Shown here: positions 25,601-37,100 of the stretch, piece by piece | How the letters are laid out: each line of letters starts with the position of its first letter | How positions within the stretch are numbered: position 1 is the stretch's first letter | Source: Yuukianura sp. NJ FZ-2021 | Lineage: Eukaryota | Assembly (NCBI GenBank): GCA_046563655.1 | Contig: CM102287.1 | Location: 4,650,001-4,714,000 of the forward strand | Direction of reading: 5' to 3' | Length of the DNA stretch: 64,000 nucleotides | Translations under genes and position numbers: made by a program | The notes under the pieces: model-generated | What the model saw: the letters and a program-made list of their open reading frames with translations, nothing else | Told to the model about the DNA's origin: nothing | Databases searched by the model: none

Positions 25601-28056
25601 TTTTGCTGTAAATGTACTCGATAAAATCGCACTGTGCTTTTCAATTGGACAAAAATTATGAAAACTCGTTTCATTTCAACTTTTTGAAAGTTGTAATTTT
25701 GATTTGTACTGTTCATAATTTGTGTTTTGTAATATAGCAGGAACTCGTTCTGGTAACGCCACTCCATCCTCTCGTCCTCCTTCGTCTATGAGCTCCTTGA
25801 TGACCTCATCGACTCACTCCCAAGTCCACGTCCAGATGAGACCGAGAACACTTTTGTCCAGGAAGTCCAGACCTGTCAGTGTCCATGTCACTGGAGTGAC
25901 AAGTGATGGTCCTGGAGGAGGAACGTCACCGGCTGACAAACCACCAGCCCATGCCCAACGTCCACCAATTATAATGAAGAGCAAGGCGGCAGTAGTGGAC
26001 AATGCTGTTCCAAAAGCTCCTCCCAGAAAGAAACCATCGCCCACAACGACACTGGAAACTGAAACGAAATCAGCCACGAAACCAGAAACAACGAAAGCAC
26101 AACAAGTAAAGAGCAACGGAGATGCTGGCAAGAAGAGTCCGATTGACACGAGCACAATCAGAAGAGCCAAACCACAACCGAAGAAGAAGGAATTGGTGGA
26201 AAAGGCTGTTGACAAGGAAAGTGAAATTGGAGACGTTTCTGCACAGGGCAAGAAAAACGAAAAAGCAATGTCACCAGCACCAGTTCCGGTCAATGGACAG
26301 ACACAGAAGAAAGATGAAGTCAATGTCGCTGTTCCACCGGAACAGAGAGTAGTAAGCCCAAGTGCCGAAGAAGGACTGGAATCACTTCAGCAGCAACAAG
26401 TTGAAATTGAAACGGTAGAACAAGAACCGGAATTTATGAGTTTCATTGTCAAGCCGAACGACACGAACTCCACTTCTGAAGCGGAAACACCCGAGAAACA
26501 CTCGGTTCACTTCGAATCTGAACTTACGCCGGGAGATGACAAGGAAGCAGAGTCCAGCGATTCCTTCTCTGCCTTTGTTCCAGCTCCACCATATTCAGAT
26601 GAGTTGCCGACCATGCTGATTCCAGATCCAGAAGTAACACAGTTGATTCCAGAAGTATCAAATGGGCCAACAACCAATCAGAAGGAAGAAATCAGTGTCA
26701 GTAATGGAAATCCGTTTGGAGATGGAATCAGCGTCGTTCCAGCCTTCACGAATCACGCTCCAGCTCCAGCTCCAGCCACTGAGAACACGAATCCCTTTGA
26801 TATTGGGGAGGAGCGTCCTGCTGTTTCTCCAGCCAATCCTTTTGTGGAAGAAGGAACTTCGGATGGTGCTAGTGCCGAAACCGCGGCGGCGGAGGTGAAG
26901 CCGAAGTTGATGACGGAAGAAGATGCCAAGGCGGCCTTAGCCGATAAGCGACGGCTGCTCAGAGAAGCACAGGAGAGAGAAGCTGCTCGGCTGGAGGAAG
27001 AAGCTCGGCTGGAAGAGGAGCGTCAACGACTTGAGATTGAAGAGGCGGAACGCCTTGCACAAGAAGCGCGGGAAATGGAGGAAGAGCGTCTACGTAGAGC
27101 CATTGAGGAACAAAAAGAGCGCGAAATGGAAGAAAAGAAGTAAGTTCATTTAAAAAAAATGAATAAAAACAATCAAAAATCTTAGATTTTTCAAAAAAAA
27201 AAAAAAATGAATCAAAATACGTCTTAGACATTCCTTCAGATGCAGCAAATGAAGCAGAACTGTTGGGTTTAATTTTTTTTTTCAACTTGTTTTTTGAAAT
27301 TTTAGGCGGCGCGAAGAGGAGGAATTGGCTCGTCAGGAGCGTGAAAAGGAGGAGCGTGAAGCAGCCCGTGAAGCGGAGCGAATTCGACAGGAGATGGAAG
27401 AGCGCTTGAAGCGCGAGGAGGAAGAGAGGCTGGAACGGAAGCGACGAGTTGAAGCGATTATGAGCCGAACACGCAAAGGTGGACAGGATTCGGCAAAGTA
27501 AGCACGGAACGAAAAAAAAGTGTTTTTTTTTTAAAAAGTTTGCATCGTTTTTGTATACAATGGAAAAGATTTATTTGAAAATTCAAAAAAAAATCTTTGT
27601 TCAATAGAGCAACGACGCCAGTTCCGGAAGACGCTTCGTCTGATTCGGAAAAAATTTCTAATGGAATTCAGCACGCGTGAGTTACACTTTCAATGAATTT
27701 TCAAAAAATGTTGCTTTTTTTGTAGTATTTTTCAACAAAGTTTCTTTTCATACTTTTGAAAAAACTTCTTTTGTGTTTTTAGACACGAAGATTCACCTCC
27801 ACCGCCTAGCACGCATACCGTTGTGAACAACAATCTCAACAACTATAACAACAACAATGACATTTCTAGTAATACTTTGATTGACTTTGGTGACATGTCC
27901 GCGTCACCCACTCCGCCCCAACAATCAAACATCCCCACTTCAAATTTGATCAATTCGAGTCTTCAAGGTTACTTTCAAATCATATTTTCAAAATTTAGAC
28001 AGTTTCTGAACGAATTTTGAAGTTCTGTTTTGATTTTTTCAGATTTGCTGTCGTGA
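16636..28056 (+). CDS. ens: Ensconsin / MAP7-family microtubule-associated protein, ~997 aa, 11 coding exons
   Basis: Phase-consistent exons 16636-16720 (first exon tentative), 21565-21731, 22356-22422, 23372-23650, 24030-24137, 24759-25187, 25741-27139, 27306-27497, 27608-27676, 27783-27967 and 28043-28056. Features: N-terminal coiled coil REERLKILKERQNEERLKKLEELKQ, motifs FAFGSCTPR and RRKTDLTPTLP, MAP7 domain MTEEDAKAALADKRRLLREAQERE...ERKRRVEAIMSRTRK, C-terminus DLLS*. Confidence 0.88.
21905..22105. repeat. Degenerate tandem repeat (TTTTCCGGGGAAGATTTTTT-like) in ensconsin intron
   Basis: About 6 imperfect copies of (a)gttttccggggaagatttttt. Confidence 0.6.
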
Positions 28057-28913
28057 AAAGCACATACCTTACTGATTTGTAAAAGCAGCCGGAGCGTGTG
28101 CTGTTAATTTCGTCGATTTACTGAAGCTGTTTGTTTTTTAATGGAAGAAGGCAGTTTAGGGAGCACCGTGACCCCCTCCTCCCCCCTCTCCCACGCAATT
28201 GAAAAAAGTCTGAAAGAATCAACTGCTGCAGAGTGTTGTTCAAGTCTCCTGCTCCTCCAGAAGTCAAGGCTTAAAGCATGGTGTCCTTGAGATAATTTTT
28301 TTTTGGTTTGTTTGTTTACAAGTTAATTAAAAACTGCTAAAATAAAAGGCTAACTTACCCTTTGCGGCGTGTCTATTTTTTCTAGGAAACTTTTGAGTGC
28401 CGACACGACAAGAGCGGGAGCGGAAATGAACTCATTTCCTTCAATTGTTGTTTCAGTAAACAAAAGCGTTTTATGAAACAAAACAATTTTTGAAAGAGAA
28501 AAGTAGTCGGATGGTGCAGGCGGAAGGGTGTTTAAAAGGGGGCGGGGGATCGTATACTGCCGTCCGCATCTGTAGTCCACATGTGACTAATGTCTTTTGG
28601 CACGTCACGAGCCCCCTGCCATAAGCTGTCCTCGAATCGAGAGTCAGACAGAACTTTTCCGGAGTTCAAAAGAACTTGGCTTCCTTCTTGTTTTAAAAAG
28701 TTTTAGAATTTGAAAAAAAAGTGCTAAGATGCACTTATTTTTTTTAAAGTCACAGTATGTTGTACTATTGGTAGCGTAAAATCTAAAAATAGTGTTCCAA
28801 AAAAGATGAAGATTTTAGTAGTGGGTGCTCCCAGGAAGGAACAGAGTTTGTCCTTTTAAAAAATCTTTGTTTTTTTAAATGTTTTGAATGTACTTGTTTT
28901 TTAAATTTAGAAA

Positions 28914-30984
28914 ATGGTTTTCAAAGTTACGTTTTTGGTGGGATTTTTGTGTATGATTGTGGATGGGTCAGCGGTGGGGCAGAGTGGGGCCAGTGAACTT
29001 TGGAATTCTAGAAACGTGGAAGCCTATTTTAGTCGCCTGGGGGCACGAATGGATCAATTGGTTTTAAGATTTGATCATTTGGATAGTCGTCTCAATCGCT
29101 TCACATCGCTGCTCCAAGGGAGGCTGGATGGAGTGGAAAATGTAAGTTGAATTAATTAGTTTTTAATAATTAATGACTCAATTAAACTTAGGATAATCTA
29201 TGTTATGTTTTTCAGAGTCTGTCGACAACTAAGCTGAAGATGGATCTCTGGGGAGAAGAGCTGAGCAGAATCGATGAGCAGTTGACGAGGAAATGGAAAA
29301 ATGTTGAATCCAAACTGGAGCTACTTGTGCCGTCAATTGAGTCAAAATTGGAAAATAAAGTGACGCTGATTCAGCGCGACAACAGAAGAAACGGCGAGCA
29401 TCTAAATGCTGTTCTACTTGGAATGGAGCAGCGATTTGACTCTAAAACACAATCAATACTGTCAGCAGTTGGATCCCAAGTGAGTTCAAAATTTTGAAAC
29501 GATTTGCAAAAATTTTGAAAAGTGAATCTGAGAAAGTTTTGGTGAAAATTTGTGAATCCGGAAGTGAAATTTTTCTTGTCGTCCTATTAGTCAGAGGTTC
29601 GCGTTCGCGGGAGTCATAATTTTTTTTTATGATGTTTCAGCAAAACAGAAGTTCGAGCCTTGGGTGTCCACCAGTTCGATTCCCGGAAGCAGCACATCAT
29701 AGAAATGAAACCAGCTCGACAGCGTCGCCAGCGATTGTGGAAATCAGCGATGATAGACTGATTAATCTTCTGGAAGGATTTACCAATAAGAGTGAAGAAA
29801 TACTCAAATCTAATACTGCCATTTCACTAATTGCCACAAAGGTAATCTATACAAACTATTGTAACCTTTGAAATATGAAACTTTTTTAAATTTTGAAACT
29901 TCTTTTTTTCTGAACAGGTCACAAACATGTTTGAAGACTTGATTCAGCGTTCAAACAGCCTTCAAACGGAAGTGAAAGATTCTATAACAATTTCCAATAG
30001 TACGAGACACGAAGTGAGAGAAAGTTTGCGTCTCTTGACGCAAGGCGGGCGACTGCGTCATGCTTTCACCGCAAGTGGAGGCGGAGCTACGATGACCTCG
30101 TCAGAAACTATGTGTAAGTGAAAAATTTTAACTTTAATTAAGAACTTAATTAAGTTCCAGTTAGATTTTACCTAAACTTATGAATTTTAAGATTTTTGAT
30201 TTGTTTTCTGCAAGGGCAGCAGCAGTCATCGTTGAAGCTCTTGCGTCGGTGGAATCCATGAGCACAGCCCTTGGACGGCGCATGGCCGAACTGTCCCGAA
30301 GTATCGACGGTCGTTTTGAAATGGTGTCCATGACACTAAACAGTTTCCTGGACTCGTGTCACCGAATTCAAGAAAGTGCGCCACTCATTGAAGAGCACAT
30401 TGCGAATGTCCTGGAGAAAATCCTCGACGGAATTGACAACACGTGAGTTACACTTTGTTACACTTTGAGTTACACTTTGACCTGAATCTAAACAATCTAG
30501 AAAAATCTAAGCTCACCCTGAACACATTTTCAATCTCCCAGATTCAATCTCCAATAGGATGATTGATGAAGCCGATTGTCCCGGCGGGATTCTTTGAAAA
30601 TTGAATCCACCCCACAAAGTGTTGCTTGACATTGACAAATTCTAAGGTTTCGTTTGTTTGAATTTCAGCACACGAGCGGGGCAAGAAGAGATCTACGATC
30701 TAGGAAGGAAGTTGGATGACCTCAAGGGACTCTTTGGAAATTGTAGTGCTTCCCATAAGAGCGGAGGGGATGAGAGGTCAGAGGTCACAAATACAAGTAG
30801 CCGTGATGGACAAGAACCTTTAGGAGGAAGGGACCGCGGCGGCGGAGGAGGAGAAGCGGAAGATCCTAATAGATTTCGTACTGCAGAGATACTAGAAAAC
30901 TCACAAGATTTGACAGAAGATGAGAAGAAGTTATTATGGGAGTCTTTGTTTCCTAATACAAGTCCTAACCAAGTACCTGACTAA
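28914..30984 (+). CDS. Uncharacterised secreted coiled-coil glycoprotein, ~475 aa, 6 exons
   Basis: Phase-consistent GT-AG exons 28914-29141, 29216-29479, 29641-29841, 29918-30113, ~30220-30442 and 30669-30984. It has a hydrophobic signal-peptide-like N-terminus (MVFKVTFLVGFLCMIVDGSAVG), heptad-like helical segments and several N-x-S/T sequons (NRS, NET, NKS, NST, NCS, NTS). Confidence 0.8.
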
Positions 30985-31079
30985 TAAATCATTAATAATC
31001 ATTAATATAAGCCCTAATTCATCTTTAGCAGATTAACTTCCTGGAAAGAACTCCCACGGTACATCCTGGAAGCTCTACA

Positions 31080-31345
31080 ACTTCGTCCACTCTCCGTCCA
31101 TGCTCGTCCTCCGTCCATTTCTACGCTAACGTCGTCCTTTCGTCCATTTCGACTCCAACGTCGTCCGTCCGTCCACTTACGGTTTACATCATCCCGTCCA
31201 CTCGAATCTAAGCGTCTTTCGTCCATTTCTGACGTCGTCGTCCGTCCATTTCGCCTCCGACGTCACCCTTTCGTCCATTTCCACTTTAAATAACGTCGTC
31301 CTTCGTCTATATTCCGGCCTAATCATCACTATCCGTCAATTTCAC
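31080..31345. repeat. Degenerate CGTCGTCC/CGTCCATTTC tandem repeat just 3' of the orphan gene
   Basis: About 8 imperfect ~30-bp units containing cgtccatttc and acgtcgtcc. Confidence 0.65.
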
Positions 31346-34122
31346 GATTTACGATCGCGCCATGTTTAAGTCAATATGAAAGTCAGCTTTCATATCAAAG
31401 AGTGTCAGTTTGCATGTCATGAATGACATGTCCAAGTGGAGTTGGGGTATCCGCTCGATTGATTTTGTCAATTTATGAAGCTCTGATGAATTTTTGAGTT
31501 AATTAGGCCACTACTCTTGTCTGTCCAACTTGTAGCTTGGATGATGCTGAGCTGGAATTGGGTGACATGACGGATGAAACCACTAGGTGACTGGTAGGCT
31601 GTGGACGGGTTGTCTCCTTGTGGTTTTCCTCGTAATAAGTTGAGTGACAGAATAATTTAGTAGAGGAGGTTATGGTAATTAGTCTTTTGTGTCCAGGACA
31701 TAACACATTACATCCACTTTCGCATATTTTGCAAATTGCAGTAACCAGCTTGCTAAAAACTTTGCAAGGTTTGCAGTTTGCACACTTCAATGGAGCAGAA
31801 CAGAGTGGAAAAGTGGGAGTCAAAAGCAGATCTTCTCTCGTGCTGTACTTGTAGGACTTGATTAATTACTCAACTAATTGTGTTAATTAAGATTTAAGAT
31901 TTAGTTAAACAAAAGTTTGACCTTTGACATTGACATCTGTTGGACAAAAGGATCAACAGGAGTTGTTTTTTATCAGTGCTTGAGATTGGCGGGAAAAGAT
32001 AAAAAAATAACTGTAAATTCAAAATTAAAAAAACGTTCAGCTGTTTTTGTTTTTATTTTTGTGTTTTCCTGTTTCTGGATTCTGGAATACGACGAAAAAA
32101 CCTTTGAGTGACGAGACGAAAACGTTTAAGTGACGATCAGGTGACATCAATAGAAGACTTGGAATATCAATTGACTTAGAAAATCAATCAAGAATTAATC
32201 AAGGTGAGAGACTCTGGTATCCACTTTCAATCAATTACTCTTCCACTTCAATGCCTGGCTTTTGAGAGACCCAGGACAAGTGGATCTCTTTCCTGGATGA
32301 AAGAAGGCGGAGACAAAACGACACGCTAAGCTTACCAACTACGGAACGACGACGACGACATGACATGGTTACTGAAAAGTCATCGTTTTGTTCCAGTCTG
32401 ATGACCCTGGCCTGCTTGTAGTGCTATCAGCCTGTGTTGGTAAGTGATTGTTTTAACTTTTAAGATTAAGAGCGATGACTTTGAGGACAAGACGAGAATG
32501 ACATTGATGAAATGAGACTTTTATTGTCAAGAAGGTTCAATACCCCCTGCTGTGGTTTATGCTTGCTGCTGTATCATCTTCCAAGTTGTCCAGAAGACTT
32601 CAAAAAGGAGAAGACTCTGTTTCTAGAGAAAGATGAACGTTGGGCATACTGGGGGCTGGAGGAAGGAAGTCAGCTACTAAGGGAAGAAGACGAGAAAGTT
32701 TCTTGGACTTGTCCGCAGAACAAAGCAAATTTTTGGTCTGGTGGTGCTGGAGCTGCTGGTGCTTCTTTGTTTCCCTAGAAGTTTTCGTTTGATTCCTTCC
32801 TTCAGTCTCAGTCGTCTGTGGATATCCTGCTCTGTTCCAGATTATCATCGTGCTTTGGATACTGAGAGAACTAGAAGGCATCGACTTGGATGGAGGAGAG
32901 AAAGTGGGGTGCTGGTGGTCGGAGTCTAACGCTGGAACGCTGCTGCTAGTAATACTAAAGCTAAAAACTCTGGGAAAGCTGCGCAAGCGGGCACTTTTCT
33001 CTAACTTTCCCTTGTACTTATTCCTCTCTCCCTTTTTTTTTATAGGGAACTGCGTCACTCTGCTTTTACTGGAGCAGAAGATCCGCCGAACTTTCCCTGG
33101 TACAGGCCAATCTTGCCACCACCACCGTTTGCGCTTTCTCTCGTAAAGACTCGTCTCCTGCTGCTGTTTGTTAAAAACTACGGTCGGTTCTGAGTGCTAT
33201 TTGGTGCAAAATGTCCAGAATTCGTCCTTAGTCTTAGTTTCTCTCTCGAGCTCACCTTGTCCTCGACGTCAACCTCCTCAATAATAACTGCATCTTGGTG
33301 ACATTTGGTATGGTGTGGTGCAGCTAACATTATTAAACCAACCGTCGTTACGACTTAAGGTCAAGTGACCGTGACAGTGCATTGGAAGGTGTATAGCTTA
33401 ACAATCATGTTGCAACTGGTGACAGTGACATTCTGTGAAAAGAGAGAAACTTTGTATAGAGCTAACCACGACGTTTTTGAACAGGTTCTCACTTCAATTG
33501 TATTCTAATCCAGCTCTATTGTTCTTTTTTCAACAGAACCACTTGGAAATCCTGATGTGAAAGAAACTTTTTTGAAGCCAAGAACAAAAAAAAAAGTCAC
33601 GAAATAGTCAAGAATCTCAAATCGGAAAATAATAGACACGGACAGACTTTCTGGAAGGAAGGGCCAAAGGAAACCCAACGCCAAAAGCCACTACTTACAC
33701 CAACCATTTTGATCGCAATTCCAACGGGAGTCCACGAGAAGGAAAAATCTGGTGCTCCGTAAACTATTCCTCAATGTGTCAAGACTTTGGCACAGTGCCC
33801 ATTCGCTTATCTTCCAGCATTCGGACTACTCCAACTCTCCAGGCACCAACGTACTACTAAAACCTGCAGACCACGAGTCAGTTCCAGCCGTTCCTCTCCT
33901 GAGAGCACGAACGTCATGGTCCGCATTTTCATTTCCAACCGAACTACACTGGAGACACATTGTTGACGAATTGAAAGGAAACGAGGAATATCCGCAGTGG
34001 AGCAGGAACGACTGATCACCTCATGAAATTCAACTCGGTTCCGCTGATTCACACACTGACGAGGAGGCGGAGCTAAAAACTGAAATTTGTCTATCCAGTT
34101 CCGCTTCATCAACACTTTATCA

Positions 34123-37100
34123 ATGAAGAAGTTTACTTTCAAAGGCGTTTTGGACGGATTCCGTTCATCAGTGACTCAAAGCGGACCGAACCCATCAGCC
34201 AAACTGTCTGAACAAGAACTCAGTGAAAATCTAAAACCTGAAAATTTCTCTGTGACCAAGGTAAGTAATCAAGTATAGGTCAAGGTCACTAGTCTAAATT
34301 GACGTAAAACACGAAATGATGTTACGATAGGAAGTGTTGTTCATGCTGAGGTTTTATTGAACGTGGGAGTGACTTCCTTTCAACCAAAGTTTACGTAATA
34401 ACAAACACTGGATAAGGCTGAACCGTGAAAAGCTTTCAGAAAGTGACATTGGTCTGTTAATTAAAATATGTGACACAGGAACGTATTACACGCTTTGTAG
34501 GAGGCAATGTACAGCATGGGGAAAGGGGAGTCACTGTGAATGGACTTTCTCTTTTGTTTATTTTCGTTTCCATTCACTTCCCAATCATAATAATAACCCA
34601 CTCCTCCCATTGTATCTCCCCCCTAACCCAATATTGACTCTCCACTTAAACAACTCCTATTTAACTTTCTTTCACTTTTTATTAACATTCCTTTCTGAAG
34701 TTAGGCTAACATGAAGCTAAGATGGCTGGGCTATGGAGAAAGTCAGAGTATTAAAAAGTCAGTCAGGACGATCAATACGTCAAATTTCCATGGCTAAAAG
34801 TCAAAACTTTCGACTTTTAATCAGGAAAGTCACAAGTCAGAATGTCCGATTTTTAGTCAGGAAAGTCAGAATCTTCTACTTTTAGTCAGGAATGTCAGAA
34901 TCTTCGACTTTTAATCAGGAAAGTCAGAATGTCGGACTTTTAGTCAGGAAAGTCAGGTTCTTCGACTTTTAGTCAAGAAAGTCGGAATTACTAGTCAATG
35001 AAGCCAAAATAGTTTGTTAGGTTAACATATAGGTTATTAATTTAATCAAAACCTAACTTTTTTTTTCTTTATACGTGTTTTACAGACGTTCTGTCATGGA
35101 TTTCCATATCAACCTACAGCCATTGCCTACGATCCTATTCAGAGGCTTCTTGTAATTGGAACCAAAACTGGATCTCTCCGCCTGTAAGTCAAAATTTTCA
35201 TTCACTTTGGCTCGTTTAACTTCGAAATTTTAGTATCTCGCTAAAAAATTTTCGGAAAGTGAAATCTGAGCTAATGATTTCAATTTGGGGAAAGTGGAAC
35301 GAAAACCCATGTTCTCAGTTACAGCATAATAACTGGCGAGGAAAGCTATTAAGTTTCTTATTTCAAGAAAGAGAAAGTCAAAACACGATTTATGGTTTTG
35401 CACTTATTTTTCTTTTTTTAGTTTTTGCATAAAAATGAAAAGAAAAGGAGAGTCAAAAGTTAAAATTGAGTCACTTTTGGAGAAAGGTTTCTCCATAATG
35501 TTTTTTCACACTTTTAGTTTTGTGCTTTCTAACCACTAACTCAGCAACTTTTCTTTTTCATTTTTTAAAGAGAAAAGTTTTTGCCGCATCCCTTAGTGCC
35601 ATCTTCAGCACTCTCACAAGCACACTCAAGTGTGGTTTAGTGCCTGAGACGCTGATTTCAAAAGAGATAATCTCCGTTTTCCTTTCATTGTTTACGTTTC
35701 ACCAGGCGAAGAAGAAGAAAAGAGTCATAGAGAAGTGTCTTGTGGAGATGTTTGCACTTCCAGAAAGGCTACTTTCACATTCCACTTTTTGAATCTTAGA
35801 AAGTAAGCGCGGGAAAAACCTAAGTTAGGGTTTGGCTAACGTAAACTAAGATAAGCCAGCCTGACGTAGTAACTGAGAACCTGAGAGATGAACTATGAAG
35901 AGCTGCTGGGAAGCTACTAGTGAGAAACTTTCACTTTTACTTTTTTGACAGCTCAACTTTTCAATTTCCAAAAGGGAAAGGTTATGCTAGCAAAAAGAAA
36001 TTGGTTTGTACAAACCTAACCTAACCTTTTCCGTTCCATCAAAGTGAAAAGTTTGTGTGCTTCCGACTCCTTAGGAGAATATTAAGACGAAAGTAAGTTT
36101 TTTAGAGTTTTTTGGAAAAGAAAATATTAGGCTAATGGTTGGATTTTACGTTAGGTTATAAAGCTACAGGGCAGGATGAGATGCACGTTTTAGGCTAAAA
36201 ACTAATCCTATTTTCCCTCTGGAAAGAATAAGCATTAAAAAGGGGAAAGTGAAGGATGTTTTGCATTGGAGGAAAAGAAAACAATTTTTAAGTTTTTCTG
36301 GAAGAAGCGGAAGGAAAAGGAGAAATTTTAGATGAAAAATGAAAATAATTTTTAAGCTTTTTGGGAAAACAAGGAAACTGAAAAGTTTTACATGAAAAAT
36401 GAAAGTTTTCAAGTTTAGCACTTACGAAAATAATTTCGTTGTTTTAAACGTGAAAGTTTTAGAGTTTCTTTTTTCTGTTTTTTGAGAGAAAGTGCAGAGC
36501 AGCCGGAAGGATTGATTTTAATTTGAGCAAACGAGGGAAATTATGGGCAAGGATTTACAAAGGATTTTCTCTCTCCTGCTGAATTTTTGACGATAAAAAA
36601 ATTTCTTTTAATTTTTTTTGAAAAATGCAAATTAGCTTTTTAAAAGCTTTTTATTTTTCGAAAGTTGCTTATTGCTTACAGCTAATTTGTTTGTTAAATA
36701 GTTTGCATAGAAAGAACATTTTTGTTTTGAGGAAGTTTCATTTCGAACACCTTAGAACAGAGGGGACGAGTCAGATTAACCTGAAGGATTTTGTTTTTTG
36801 AACTGATTTGTATGCTTTTTTTTATTTCACTGGCGGTTTGGCGAAAATTTGGAACCGATTTTTCTGAATTTCTCCCTTCTTTTTGGTGAAAATTTTGTGT
36901 AATTTGGAAATAATTTTTTGTGTGAATTTTTTTCTTTTCAATTCGAAGGCAATTTTTTGTACGAATTCTTTTCTATTCAATTCGAAAGCAATTTTGTGCG
37001 TGAATTCTTTGGTTTGCAATTCGGAAGAAATTTTTTGTGAGAGTTTTTGTGCAATTTGGAAGTAATTTTTTGAGTAATGTGAGTGAAAGTGGGTTAAAAG

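Noticed and set aside
25814..26323. 169-aa antisense ORF, and similar ones at 55314..55691 and 53727..54266
   Set aside because: Shadow frames opposite genuine ensconsin or tomosyn exons.
34805..34990. 29-bp repeats of CRISPR-like length
   Set aside because: Units are directly tandem with no unique spacers, lie in a eukaryotic intron and have no cas genes nearby; this is a minisatellite.
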